The notes: generated from the letters alone by a model not told the origin. A stretch of 64,000 bases of DNA from an uncultured delta proteobacterium (GCA_963827685.1 CAWHBU010000001.1:64001-128000); one strand, 5' to 3'. Numbered from the stretch's first letter, positions 40,176 through 50,075 are shown. Made by a program: numbers and translations.

Positions 40176-40991
40176 ATGACCAGTCAAATATACGAGATCC
40201 GGTTAGATGAAATCAATGTCTCTGATTGGAACGTCCGCCACACTGAACCGGAGAAAGATCTTGAAGAGTTGGCGGCCAGTATCGCAAAACATGGTTTGTT
40301 CCAACCTGTTGTGCTAATGGGTAAGTATGGAAATCCACCATATGAGCTTATTATTGGCCAGAGAAGATTTCTTGCACATAAAAATATCCTCCATAAAAAG
40401 AAAATCCGTGCTGTCTTTGTTGAAAAACTGAACCAAGTACAAGCTACCATCCGTTCCTTGGTGGAGAATATGACCCGTACAGACCTTAATCACGCTAATG
40501 CAGCTGAGGCTATCACATTCTTATATAAGCGACTTGGCAAAGATGAACGTAAAGTAAAGACTGAAACTGGGTTGTCGTTGCAGAGGATAAGGCAATACGT
40601 AGATATCGGAGAACTCGCTTCAACCAAAATGAAGGATAAATTGCGTTCAAGAAAGGTTACGCCGGTTGACGTACAGCGCGTTTTAAGGGCTGCTTCTGGC
40701 GATATCGACAAAGCGGACCGCCTTTTGGAAAAGATGGAAAAGCAAAAGCTCACACCATACCAAAAGAAAAGAATGGTTGAATATGGAGAGAAACACCCTC
40801 ACGCTCATGATGATACGATTATTGAAGAGGCGCAACGCCAAGTGGTGGAACGCACAATTCTGGTGAAGCTATCAGATCAAGCCAGAGCAGGGCTTGAAAA
40901 AGCGGCTGAAAAACTTGCCATGAGCCCCGATGAAGTCGCAGCACATGCAGTTGAAGATTGGCTTTCAAGGAAGGGTTTCATAATTGCATAA
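40176..40991 (+). CDS. ParB/Srx-domain protein with HTH and RHH-like C-terminus
   Basis: NVRH, LEELAASIAKHGLFQPVVL, LIIGQRRFLA, SLVENMTRTDL; C-terminal ILVKLSDQARAGLEKAAEKLAMSPDEVA; GGAGG RBS. Confidence 0.88.
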   Translation: MTSQIYEIRLDEINVSDWNVRHTEPEKDLEELAASIAKHGLFQPVVLMGKYGNPPYELIIGQRRFLAHKNILHKKKIRAVFVEKLNQVQATIRSLVENMTRTDLNHANAAEAITFLYKRLGKDERKVKTETGLSLQRIRQYVDIGELASTKMKDKLRSRKVTPVDVQRVLRAASGDIDKADRLLEKMEKQKLTPYQKKRMVEYGEKHPHAHDDTIIEEAQRQVVERTILVKLSDQARAGLEKAAEKLAMSPDEVAAHAVEDWLSRKGFIIA

Positions 40992-41676
40992 GAAAGATGA
41001 CAAGGCGCGAAAGGGAAAATACAGTCAAAGCGAAATTGAGGATGCTCTGGCTGGGCTAATAGCGAGTACAAAGCGGATCCATCGCAAATTAGACCTTGTA
41101 CAGATAGCAAAAAAGATAGAGATCGCTCGCGAAGGATTAGGAAATTTGAAGAAAGTATCTGAAGCTATTGGGTTGTCCACAGAGATGCTCCGCCAGTTCT
41201 CAAGAGTCACAAAAATTGTTCCTGAAGCACGACGTTTTGTAACAGCAGGTGCAATTCAAAGTGTTGATATCGCAGATCGCATTAGCCGACTTCCACAGGC
41301 AGATCAATTTCTGGTTGCCCAGGCAGTTTCGCGTGGGGAATTGAACAGCGATGATGTCAGGGCCATTATTTCATTTAGAAAAGACCAGCCAAGACTTCCG
41401 ATAAGCAAGGTAATATCCCTTGTCATGGGCTCTCGCAATATAAGAGAGTACGTTGTCCAATTTCTGGTTCCTGCAGAAGAAAAGCTAAAGAACATAGAAG
41501 ATCTGTTTTTCAAATTGCTCGGCCAAGACGGAGTACGTTCTGTGAATCTCGAAAAAGGACTGGGAACGCTAATATTAAATGAAGATGGCAAGAAACGGTT
41601 TGAACTTATTGCTAAAAGGAGGGATTTAACAAAACGTGCACTGGTGAAAGAAATCATTTCCGGGGAGGTTAAATAA
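40984..41676 (+). CDS. Helical hypothetical protein resembling the HTH/C-terminal half of ParB
   Basis: LKKVSEAIGLSTEMLRQF HTH-like segment, GELNSDDVRAI, RHH-like tail; overlaps the upstream gene. Confidence 0.75.
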   Translation: MHKKDDKARKGKYSQSEIEDALAGLIASTKRIHRKLDLVQIAKKIEIAREGLGNLKKVSEAIGLSTEMLRQFSRVTKIVPEARRFVTAGAIQSVDIADRISRLPQADQFLVAQAVSRGELNSDDVRAIISFRKDQPRLPISKVISLVMGSRNIREYVVQFLVPAEEKLKNIEDLFFKLLGQDGVRSVNLEKGLGTLILNEDGKKRFELIAKRRDLTKRALVKEIISGEVK

Positions 41677-41678
41677 CA

Positions 41679-42341
41679 ATGCCCAGAATGACAAGGAGAA
41701 CGCAACCCGGGCGTCTGGCCACTCAACTACATTTGCAGGAATTTTACTCTCTCAAAGAAGAGCTTTCACAATGGAGGACAAATCCACAGATCCAAGAGAT
41801 GGAAAGAGAAAAGTCCGGTGGACTTGTTTTGGGCTTTGTTAAAGGGTTACGCTTATCAGCAAGATTGATTTACGCTATCCGTGAGAATCTTTCTGAATAT
41901 GAGCTTGAGGTAGACTGGGGTCATTTATTGACAGAAGATGGAAACTCATGTTCGCCAGAGTGTGATATCATTATTCATTTGCCCGGACATTGGCGTGAGT
42001 GGAATGAACATGAAAAAAAAATTATGGATTTCAAGTTTATAAAATGTCAACGAGCAATTGCAGTCATCAGTTGCAAATCTTTTCTCAGTGCGGTCGATCG
42101 GGAATATCCCCGGAAACTGAGTTCCTACGTTAACAAGGTGCTACTTTTCGCTGAATGTTGTGAACCAAATGCTGTAGATAGACTTAAAAGATCTGCAGAA
42201 TCGGCTGGCTACAAAGGTTTCTGGTATTTATACGCATGTAACCAAACTACTTCCCAATGCACTATAGATCCAGACCAATGGGAAAACTTTCTGCACACGT
42301 TAAGGTCCATTGCACACAGGCATCGGCGGGGGTATCGTTGA
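41679..42341 (+). CDS. Putative PD-(D/E)XK-fold nuclease, DUF6602-like
   Basis: GHLLTEDGNSCSPECDIII...AIAVISCKSFL resembles the G..S.q.Diii...a.iEvKS.L pattern, with Ser at the Glu position. Confidence 0.6.
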   Translation: MPRMTRRTQPGRLATQLHLQEFYSLKEELSQWRTNPQIQEMEREKSGGLVLGFVKGLRLSARLIYAIRENLSEYELEVDWGHLLTEDGNSCSPECDIIIHLPGHWREWNEHEKKIMDFKFIKCQRAIAVISCKSFLSAVDREYPRKLSSYVNKVLLFAECCEPNAVDRLKRSAESAGYKGFWYLYACNQTTSQCTIDPDQWENFLHTLRSIAHRHRRGYR

Positions 42342-42343
42342 AT

Positions 42344-43330
42344 ATGAAGGCTACAACGGAAAAAGGTCTTGGAAGAGGATATGATGCCGGTTGGGAATCT
42401 GCAGCAAAAATAATACTGAAAAAGAATTTTCGCGGCCTACAAATTCGATGTCCAAAATGCAATAAAACCGGTACATTAATCACCAAATGGATAAAGGGAT
42501 CACCGATAAAACCGCTTTATGCTTGCCATAGCAATGGTAACGGTTACTTTAAAGCATGTCACTTAGAAGGCAAACAAGCCACCTATGCGAGAGCCAACAT
42601 TGGAATAGGCAGAGATGATATTTTGAAAACTTTGAGAATGGGAGAACCTTTTGTACTTTTTAGCGGTGGCAAGGATAGTCTCTGTCTGCTCTATTACATC
42701 AGCCGACTGGCTAAAGCAATCGGGAAAGAAATCACTGCAATCCACGCGGATACAACGGCGAGCTTCCCGGAGGTTGAAGAATACGTTCAGAATGTTTGCT
42801 CCCAATTAAGTGTACCTCTGGTGACCGTCCGTCCACCTCACGATTATTTTGAGCTTGCGAAAAGGTGGGGTATCCCTGGAGTAAAATCTCGCTGGTGTTG
42901 TTCAACTTTAAAAATCGCACCAATTCGGCGGTTTCTTTCGAATGTGGTAGGACAAAAAATTATATTTGATGGCATAAGATCAGCCGAATCGAACATCCGT
43001 GCAACTTATAATCCCATTTGGTACCATCCGGCATTTCGGTGTATCAGTGTGAGCCCTATTTTTGATTGGTCGGATGAAAAAGTAAAAAAGTATATAGAGG
43101 TGAATAATCTTCCAAAAAGCCCGACCGCGAATCTGAACACTTCAGCGGAATGTTGGTGTGGTGCATATAAGTGCAGAAATGATTTTGAAGCCTTAATCGA
43201 TATTCACCCGGACATTTTTGATAAACTTGTTGAGATCGAAAAAGCACAAAAGGGTAAATACACTTTTCTCTTTGAAAAAGGCGTGCGAGTTCCTTTGGAC
43301 TCTCTGAAGAAGGAGAAAATAAGAAAATAG
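42344..43330 (+). CDS. PAPS/APS-reductase-family protein with N-terminal Zn-finger
   Basis: CPKC...CH...CH N-terminal domain; FSGGKDS PP-loop, RWCCSTLK, GIRSAESNIR, SPIFDWS, ECWC. Confidence 0.9.
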   Translation: MKATTEKGLGRGYDAGWESAAKIILKKNFRGLQIRCPKCNKTGTLITKWIKGSPIKPLYACHSNGNGYFKACHLEGKQATYARANIGIGRDDILKTLRMGEPFVLFSGGKDSLCLLYYISRLAKAIGKEITAIHADTTASFPEVEEYVQNVCSQLSVPLVTVRPPHDYFELAKRWGIPGVKSRWCCSTLKIAPIRRFLSNVVGQKIIFDGIRSAESNIRATYNPIWYHPAFRCISVSPIFDWSDEKVKKYIEVNNLPKSPTANLNTSAECWCGAYKCRNDFEALIDIHPDIFDKLVEIEKAQKGKYTFLFEKGVRVPLDSLKKEKIRK

Positions 43331-43442
43331 ACAAAACCAATAAGACTTTCAGTCAATATTCCTCAACTGCCTATCATCGGAATATCTGGAGATAAGTAGT
43401 TGAAAGTGTTGGTCCAGATTTGATGAACTGATGTCTGCCAAA

Positions 43443-44345
43443 TCAAATCTTTGCTTTTGCCGCTTGTCCCTCCTGTCCCCTTCTGGCTTTCCTAATGTCC
43501 TCCAAATAAAACTTGATCAGAGGAGACATCTCGGGGGGTTGCCAATCTGTCTTTTTGGGTTCTTCGGGCCAGGTGAACGGTAGATGCCAGACCTCCCCTG
43601 GTTTTTTGGCCTTTTCAAGAACCTCAAGGGTTTTTAGAAGAACTTCCCTTTGACCTTCCCGGTCTCCGACCTGCCCTACGGGTCTCCCGTAAGGGTATTC
43701 AATGGAGGCAGATCGGGGGATTCCTACAGCCCGATGAAATTCATAGGTGGGCGTGAGAACAACGGCTGAGAATCCATCCTCCTCCAAGAACCTCGCAGCC
43801 AGTCCGACGGACTGACAGCAGAAGGGTCAGGCTGGAGTCATGAGGACTGCCTCGACTCTCTCAAGTCTCATCCTCATGGAAATAGGCTCAATAGCTCCTT
43901 TTAGGTAATCGGTACTCTTCCATTGAAAACCGTAAAAGGAATAGGAGGTAGGAGCGAGACGGCCAATGATTTTCTCCTTCTCAAATTCAGCCATCCGTGC
44001 CAGAGGAAGGATGACATTGATATCCTGTTTGATATAGTTGGTATTAATATGGAGGTGATTGACTTCAATATCCTTCTCGGTGGTCCCTCTCGGTATCTCC
44101 CGATAAGAACGGTCACCCCAGAGAGGTTCCTTTTTCTCTCTTTCCATATCAAAAGGAGGATCTGTTTTTAAACTGATGCCAGCGCTCGTCACTAAGGCCA
44201 TGGTCGTCTGATTCAAGGGCTTAGCCACTGGCGTCCAGGGAATATAGCCCTGATACTCTTCTTCTGGAATGAAGGTGTTGACCCAAGCTTTTAAGCCTGG
44301 GGGAAGAAACCGAAATCCATCCACCTTTTTCTCTCCTTGTTCCAT
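43443..44345 (-). CDS. GrdB/PrdB-like reductase selenoprotein (UGA read as Sec)
   Basis: The two track ORFs are in frame across TGA 43827-43829, giving TPA-U-PFCCQSVGLAAR (UxxC). ALVTSAG and DINVILPL motifs; SECIS-like hairpin follows the TGA. Confidence 0.9.
43798..43826 (-). promoter_or_regulatory. Bacterial SECIS-like hairpin
   Basis: CAGTCC-GTC-GGACTG stem-loop starting about 12 nt after the in-frame UGA. Confidence 0.7.
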
Positions 44346-44585
44346 AGGATCCCCCTCTTTCGCTATGCGCATAGCGCCTGCCTACCAGCAGGCAGGCTTA
44401 GCGTGCTTAGATATATATATAAATGTTAGGAAACAGCCAAGTCGAAAAACCCGATAGCTACCTTCCCCTTACTTTTAGATTTCATTTTTTTCAGTCGTAA
44501 GGGTATAATAGTCGCTAATAAAATAATTCTATCAAAAATCTGCCCTTATTCCAATGGACTGTTATTGTCAGAAGGGTGTTAACAA

Positions 44586-45641
44586 ATGGAAATTATAAGA
44601 ATACACCAGAGCAGAAGACATCAAATCGATTTCGAAAATTTGGGGTTCGGAGAGATTTTCTCAGACCACATGTTCAGCATGGAATATAAGAACGGGGGAT
44701 GGGGTTCATCTCAGATTATTCCGTATGGGGAGATTGCGATTTATCCATCCATCTGTTCACTGCACTATGGACAGATCGTCTTTGAGGGTCTTAAGGCATT
44801 TTATACCCAGAGAGGTACGATCAATATCTTTCGCCCTGAAAAATATTACGAGCGGATGAATCTCTCCTGTCAGAGGCTCTGTATCCCCGAGGTAGGTTTT
44901 GACATCTTCATGAACGGTTTGAAAGAACTGGTGACCCTTGATAAGGAATGGGTCCCAAGAAAAAGGGGATATTCCCTCTATATTCGCCCGTTCATCTTTG
45001 CGACAGATAATTTTCTCGGCGTCAAGGTCTCTGAGACTTATCGTTTTATGATCATCACTTCTCCTGTCGGAGTCTATTACAAAGAAGGGATTAATCCCGT
45101 GAAATTGATCACACCCGGAGAATATATCCGTGCAGCAAAAGGTGGCCTCGGCGCAGCAAAAACGCCAGCCAATTATGCTGCAACTCTCCTGCCTGCTGAA
45201 GAGGCAAAAAAGAAAGGCTTCACACAGATCCTCTGGCTTGATGGGAACGAAAGGAGATATATTGAAGAAGTGGGTACGATGAATATCTTTTTCCTCATCG
45301 ACGATCAACTGATTACGCCCCCTTTAGAAGGAACCATCCTCGGCGGAGTCACTCGGGATACGGCGATTCATCTTGCAAAAGATTGGAAAATCAATGTAAC
45401 AGAGAAGAGAATCTCTATCGATGAGGTCATATCGGCTTCAAAGAGAGGCGGATTAAAAGAGGCATTTGGAACCGGCACCGCAGCGGTGATCTCGCCTGTC
45501 GGTGAGATTCAATATGAGAATTGGCGAATGATCATAAACGAAGGCAAGATAGGGCCTTTGTCCCAAAAACTATACGATGAGATTACAGGAATCCAGTATG
45601 GAGAAAGAGCAGATAAATACGGATGGTGTTATTTGATCTAA
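44586..45641 (+). CDS. ilvE: Branched-chain amino acid aminotransferase
   Basis: LHYGQIVFEGLKA, LYIRPF, EEVGTMN, GTGTAA. Confidence 0.95.
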   Translation: MEIIRIHQSRRHQIDFENLGFGEIFSDHMFSMEYKNGGWGSSQIIPYGEIAIYPSICSLHYGQIVFEGLKAFYTQRGTINIFRPEKYYERMNLSCQRLCIPEVGFDIFMNGLKELVTLDKEWVPRKRGYSLYIRPFIFATDNFLGVKVSETYRFMIITSPVGVYYKEGINPVKLITPGEYIRAAKGGLGAAKTPANYAATLLPAEEAKKKGFTQILWLDGNERRYIEEVGTMNIFFLIDDQLITPPLEGTILGGVTRDTAIHLAKDWKINVTEKRISIDEVISASKRGGLKEAFGTGTAAVISPVGEIQYENWRMIINEGKIGPLSQKLYDEITGIQYGERADKYGWCYLI

Positions 45642-45758
45642 GGATTTTGGACAGGGCGATCCTCTACGGAATTTGAAGGTGTCCAATTTATACGTAGAGC
45701 ATAAGGAAAAATAGAGAGAAATGAGTTAGTATTTGGAAAAAGAGTTTTCCGTTTTCTC

Positions 45759-45868
45759 TTGGCCGGAACGTGCCCCGCAAGCCCCGCCTTGTAGGCGGGG
45801 TCAAGGGGCATAATATGAAATGAAATTACCTTGCCGGGAAGCCCCGCCCTGGGGGCGGGGAGCTTCAC
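45759..45868 (+). mobile_element. IS200/IS605-type miniature element (copy 4)
   Basis: TTGGCCGG...GCCCCGCCTTGTAGGCGGGG...GAAGCCCCGCCCTGGGGGCGGGGAGCTTCAC. Confidence 0.78.
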
Positions 45869-45929
45869 ATCGATTAGATTTTAGAATTATTTTTGTTTAA
45901 TGATTTCACTTGATTCGGGGGATAATAGC

Positions 45930-46598
45930 GTGTCTCTCTTTATTACTTTTGAAGGCGTAGAAGGGAGTGGTAAGACCACGCAGATTCAACGCCTGAAAGA
46001 ATATCTCACCCGAAAAGGCATTCCGTGTAAAGTAACCCGAGAGCCAGGAGGGTGTCCTATTGGTGAGAAAGTAAGGAAAATCCTTTTGAACCCAGACCAT
46101 CGTGAGATGGTCCCGACAACCGAGCTCCTCCTCTACGAAGCCGCCAGGGCACAACATGTGAATGAGGTCATTAAGCCCTTTTTGAAAAAGGGAGGGGTCA
46201 TTCTTTGCGACCGTTTCAGCGATGCCACCCTTGCCTATCAAGGCTACGGGCGAAGGATAGACTTGAAATGGATTGAACGCCTCAATCATCTCTCCTCTCA
46301 GGGCATCAAGCCCGATGTCACCTTCCTTCTGGATTGTCCTTCTAATGTAGGATTAAACAGAGCGCTTCAAAGGAATCGAACGCTGAAACAAGAAAGAGAG
46401 GAGCGCTTTGAAAGAGAGGAGATTCCATTTCACCAGCGGGTGAGAAAAGGGTACCTTGCCATTGCCAAAAAAGAACCCCGTCGGGTCAAAGTGATCGATA
46501 CCCGAGAGGGTGAAGAGAAAGTCTTTGAAAAGATTCGAAAAATCGTTGATAATTTATTAATAGGGATCAAGGAGTCAAGGGGTCGAGGGATCAAGTAG
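45930..46598 (+). CDS. tmk: Thymidylate kinase
   Basis: FEGVEGSGKTTQ, REPGG, CDRFSDATLAYQG. Confidence 0.96.
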   Translation: MSLFITFEGVEGSGKTTQIQRLKEYLTRKGIPCKVTREPGGCPIGEKVRKILLNPDHREMVPTTELLLYEAARAQHVNEVIKPFLKKGGVILCDRFSDATLAYQGYGRRIDLKWIERLNHLSSQGIKPDVTFLLDCPSNVGLNRALQRNRTLKQEREERFEREEIPFHQRVRKGYLAIAKKEPRRVKVIDTREGEEKVFEKIRKIVDNLLIGIKESRGRGIK

Positions 46599-46741
46599 AC
46601 CCCCAAAATTTTTTGGAACATCATATATTTTCTTCAAGTTTTGCACTCGAACCCTTGAACCCTAGAATCCCTGCCTGCGGCAGGCCCTGAACCTAGCATG
46701 GTACAGGGCAGGCAGGCTCGAACCCATTTAGCGAGAAAAAT

Positions 46742-47728
46742 ATGTCATTCAAAGACGTTTTAGGACATTCTAAACCCATCACATTGTTACAGCGGGCGAT
46801 CAAAAATGAGAGGGTCATTAACAGCTACCTCTTTCTGGGAAACGAAGGGATCGGAAAGAAGTACGTAGCTCTTCAATTTGCAAAGGCGCTCAACTGCCTC
46901 GGAGGAGAGGCTGACAGGGGAGATGCCTGCGATCATTGTGCTTCCTGTAAAAAGATTGATCACGCTCTTCATCCCGACGTCTTACTCATTGAACCAGAAG
47001 GGCAAAATATCAAGGTCGATCAAGTGAGGCAATTGCAGAAGGAACTGGCCTACCGACCCTACGAAGGGAAGCGTCGTGTCTGTATCCTGACGGCTGCAGA
47101 TCGGATGGCTCCTCACATACCGAACACTCTCCTCAAAACATTGGAAGAACCTCCGCTCCATACGGTGATCATCCTATTGGCTAATAACTCCAGGTTTATA
47201 TTGCCCACGATCCTTTCACGATGCCAGACGGTTCGCTTTAATCCCCTGCCCGTCCCTTTGGTCGCCAAATGGTTGATGGAACGCAAGGGCCTCAACGAAG
47301 CGGAAGCCCATCTCCTCGCCTCTCTTTCAGAAGGAAGTCCTGGAAAGGCTTCGGAGATCCAAGAAGAGATCCGCCAGGTTCCGAGAGAAGAACTCTTGAA
47401 GGACTGGGTGGGATTGAAATCACTTTCATTTGAAAGGATAGGGAGTTGGGTTGAATCTTTACCCTCTCAACGGGAAAATCTCCTATTAATCCTCGAAGTG
47501 GGCAAGACCCTATTGAGAGATTTAGTCATGGTGAAGACTTTGGAAAAAGAGCCAAAACTGATCCATTCAGATCTCTTGCAACTCATGGAGTCGATGGCTG
47601 CGAATTGGAGTCTCTCCTCCCTTTTGAAACGGATGGAGATCCTCCATCAAACCACTCTTGCTATCAAGGCCAATGCCAATACGAGCCTGGCCCTCGAGGC
47701 CATGATGCTCTCCTGGGCTGAAGGATAG
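46742..47728 (+). CDS. holB: DNA polymerase III delta' subunit
   Basis: HPD, LLKTLEEPP, TILSRC, Zn cysteines; tmk-holB-ricT-metG synteny. Confidence 0.93.
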   Translation: MSFKDVLGHSKPITLLQRAIKNERVINSYLFLGNEGIGKKYVALQFAKALNCLGGEADRGDACDHCASCKKIDHALHPDVLLIEPEGQNIKVDQVRQLQKELAYRPYEGKRRVCILTAADRMAPHIPNTLLKTLEEPPLHTVIILLANNSRFILPTILSRCQTVRFNPLPVPLVAKWLMERKGLNEAEAHLLASLSEGSPGKASEIQEEIRQVPREELLKDWVGLKSLSFERIGSWVESLPSQRENLLLILEVGKTLLRDLVMVKTLEKEPKLIHSDLLQLMESMAANWSLSSLLKRMEILHQTTLAIKANANTSLALEAMMLSWAEG

Positions 47729-47733
47729 AGAAG

Positions 47734-48520
47734 ATGATTCGTTTAGTTTTTGTCAAACTACCCAATGGAAGAATAGAAGAATTCGACGCGACGCAACTCT
47801 CCCTCGAAGCGGGTGAAAACGTCATCGTCGAGACTGAAAAGGGATTGGTCCTGGGAAAGGTCCTCTCTCCACCTCATGAAAAGGAAAAACGCTACTTTCT
47901 GAAATCTCCAAGAAAGGTAACTCGGAAAGCCACGGCTGAAGATCTCGAGCAATTTAAGGGAAACCAACAATTGGAGAATGAGGCCTTTCAATTCTGCCTT
48001 CAGAAAATCAGGGAGAAGAACCTGGACATGAAGCTGGTCAAAACGGAGATCCTTTTAGACCGCTCTAAGGCCCTCTTCTATTTCACGTCTGAAAAGAGGA
48101 TCGATTTTCGGGAGCTGGTCAAAGATCTAGCCGCGGAATTCAGGATGCGGATTGAGATGCGGCAGATCGGAGTGAGGGATGAAGCCAAAATGGTCTGTGG
48201 CCTTGGGAGTTGTGGGAGGGAGCTCTGTTGCGCCAAATTCATGAATCGATTCGAACTGGTCTCCGTCAAAATGGCCAAGGAGCAAAACTTAGCCCTCAAC
48301 CCGACAAAGATTTCCGGAGTGTGTGGCCGTTTAATGTGTTGCCTGGCTTACGAATTTCCCACTTACGTCGATTTAAAAAAAGATCTCCCCAAAGTGGGCA
48401 AGTACATTATGACTCGCTCCGGTAAGGGAAAGGTCATCCGTCAAAATGTCCTCAGCCAGACCGTGACTGTAAGAATTAGAGGAAGGGGGAGAGATCACCA
48501 TTCATGCATCCGACCTCTAA
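47734..48520 (+). CDS. ricT: PSP1/YaaT (RicT) protein with apparent +1 frameshift near 48471
   Basis: RIDFRELVK, CGRELCC, CGRLMCCL. Removing one A gives ...TVELEEGGEITIHASDL and a stop at 48518-48520, overlapping the metG start. Confidence 0.88.
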
Positions 48521-50075
48521 AAAGTCCTTCTACATCACCACCCCCATCTACTATGTCAATGATGTCCCCCATATCGGCCATGCCTATACCACTGTCGCTG
48601 CTGACACCCTCGCCCGCTTCAAGCGCTTGGAGGGGTATCAGGTTTTCTTTCTCACCGGCACAGATGAACATGGCCAGAAGGTGGAGAAAGCGGCTCAGGA
48701 GCGGGGCGTCGATCCAAAGGCTCACTGCGATGAAATGGTTGTGCGATTCCAATCCCTCTGGAAGAAACTGAATATTTCCAACAATGATTTCATCCGCACC
48801 ACAGAATTGCGCCATAAAAAAGTGGTTCAGAAAATCCTTCAGGATCTCTTTGATCGCGGAGAGATCTATCAGGACAATTATGATGGATGGTATTGCATCC
48901 CCTGCGAACGCTTCTGGACTGAAAAGGATCTGATAGATGGGAAATGTCCGGATTGCCTTCGTTCGGTGACCGAGATCTCAGAGAAGAACTACTTCTTTCG
49001 GATGAGCAAGTATCAATCCTGGTTGATCGAGTACATCGAAAAGAATGACCGTTTTATCTTCCCCTCACCGAGAAGAAATGAGATATTAGGATTTCTCCGC
49101 AGCCCCTTGGAGGATCTCTGCATCTCGAGACCGAAGAAACGGTTGAAATGGGGAATTGAAATTCCTTTCGATACCGAATATGTAACCTATGTCTGGTTCG
49201 ACGCCCTGATCAACTATGTCAGTGGGATTGGCTATGGTGCTGGAGAAAATACATTCTCTCAATTTTGGCCCCAGGCGACTCATCTCATTGGCAAGGATAT
49301 CCTCACCACCCACACGGTCTACTGGCCCACCATGCTCAAGGCAATTGGCTTGTCTCCTCCGCGAATGGTATTCGCCCATGGATGGTGGACCATCGAAGGT
49401 AAAAAAATGTCGAAATCCCTTCAGAATGTGGTCGAGCCCAATCGTTTGATCGACACCTATGGGGTAGATGCCGTCAGGTATTTTCTCATGCGGGAAGTTC
49501 CCTTCGGAACGGACGGTGACTTCTCCCATTCTGCCATGGTCCATCGGATCAATGGCGATCTGGCAAATGATCTGGGTAACCTTTTCAGCCGAGCTCTCAG
49601 CATGGTCGTCAAATATTTCGATGGTCTTATTCCAACCCCTTCCAACCTTGAGGATGTGGATCGAGGACTTCAAGATGTCTCTGAAAAGATTCTTCCCCAA
49701 TTATCGAAACAGATGGATGATTTGGCCTTTCATAAAGCATTGGCTTCGATCTGGGAGATGGTCAATGCTGGCAATAAATATATCGATGAAACCGCACCCT
49801 GGGCTTTAGCCAAAGAAGAAAAAGATCGACCCCATCTTGGCACGGTGCTCTATCAGACGTTGGAATCTCTTCGAATCATTGCCCTGCTGCTTGCTGCCTT
49901 CATGCCGTCCACTTCTGACAAGATGTGGTCCCAACTTGGCATAGAGGAAAATCTCTGGGAACAAAATGTAAAAGAGAACGGAAAGTGGGGAGGCCTAAAA
50001 CCTGGAAAGAAGTTGGCTAAACCGATTCCTCTCTTTCCAAGAATTGACCCCTCTAAGATCTCACAAGGCACATAA
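48504..50075 (+). CDS. metG: Methionine--tRNA ligase (short form)
   Basis: HIGH, KMSKS, YVWFDAL. Confidence 0.97.
   Translation: MHPTSKKSFYITTPIYYVNDVPHIGHAYTTVAADTLARFKRLEGYQVFFLTGTDEHGQKVEKAAQERGVDPKAHCDEMVVRFQSLWKKLNISNNDFIRTTELRHKKVVQKILQDLFDRGEIYQDNYDGWYCIPCERFWTEKDLIDGKCPDCLRSVTEISEKNYFFRMSKYQSWLIEYIEKNDRFIFPSPRRNEILGFLRSPLEDLCISRPKKRLKWGIEIPFDTEYVTYVWFDALINYVSGIGYGAGENTFSQFWPQATHLIGKDILTTHTVYWPTMLKAIGLSPPRMVFAHGWWTIEGKKMSKSLQNVVEPNRLIDTYGVDAVRYFLMREVPFGTDGDFSHSAMVHRINGDLANDLGNLFSRALSMVVKYFDGLIPTPSNLEDVDRGLQDVSEKILPQLSKQMDDLAFHKALASIWEMVNAGNKYIDETAPWALAKEEKDRPHLGTVLYQTLESLRIIALLLAAFMPSTSDKMWSQLGIEENLWEQNVKENGKWGGLKPGKKLAKPIPLFPRIDPSKISQGT

Noticed and set aside
40176-40991. Chromosome or plasmid partition locus
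   Set aside because: No ParA or replication gene is adjacent, and no parS palindrome was seen.
45638-45868. ORFs containing MPLDPAYKAGLAGH (also the 18669 extension)
   Set aside because: These are translations of the miniature mobile element, not proteins.
46563-46725. Octamer arrays (GGGATCAA / TTGAACCC) as a gene or CRISPR
   Set aside because: Short inverted low-complexity arrays with no spacers and no enclosed ORF.
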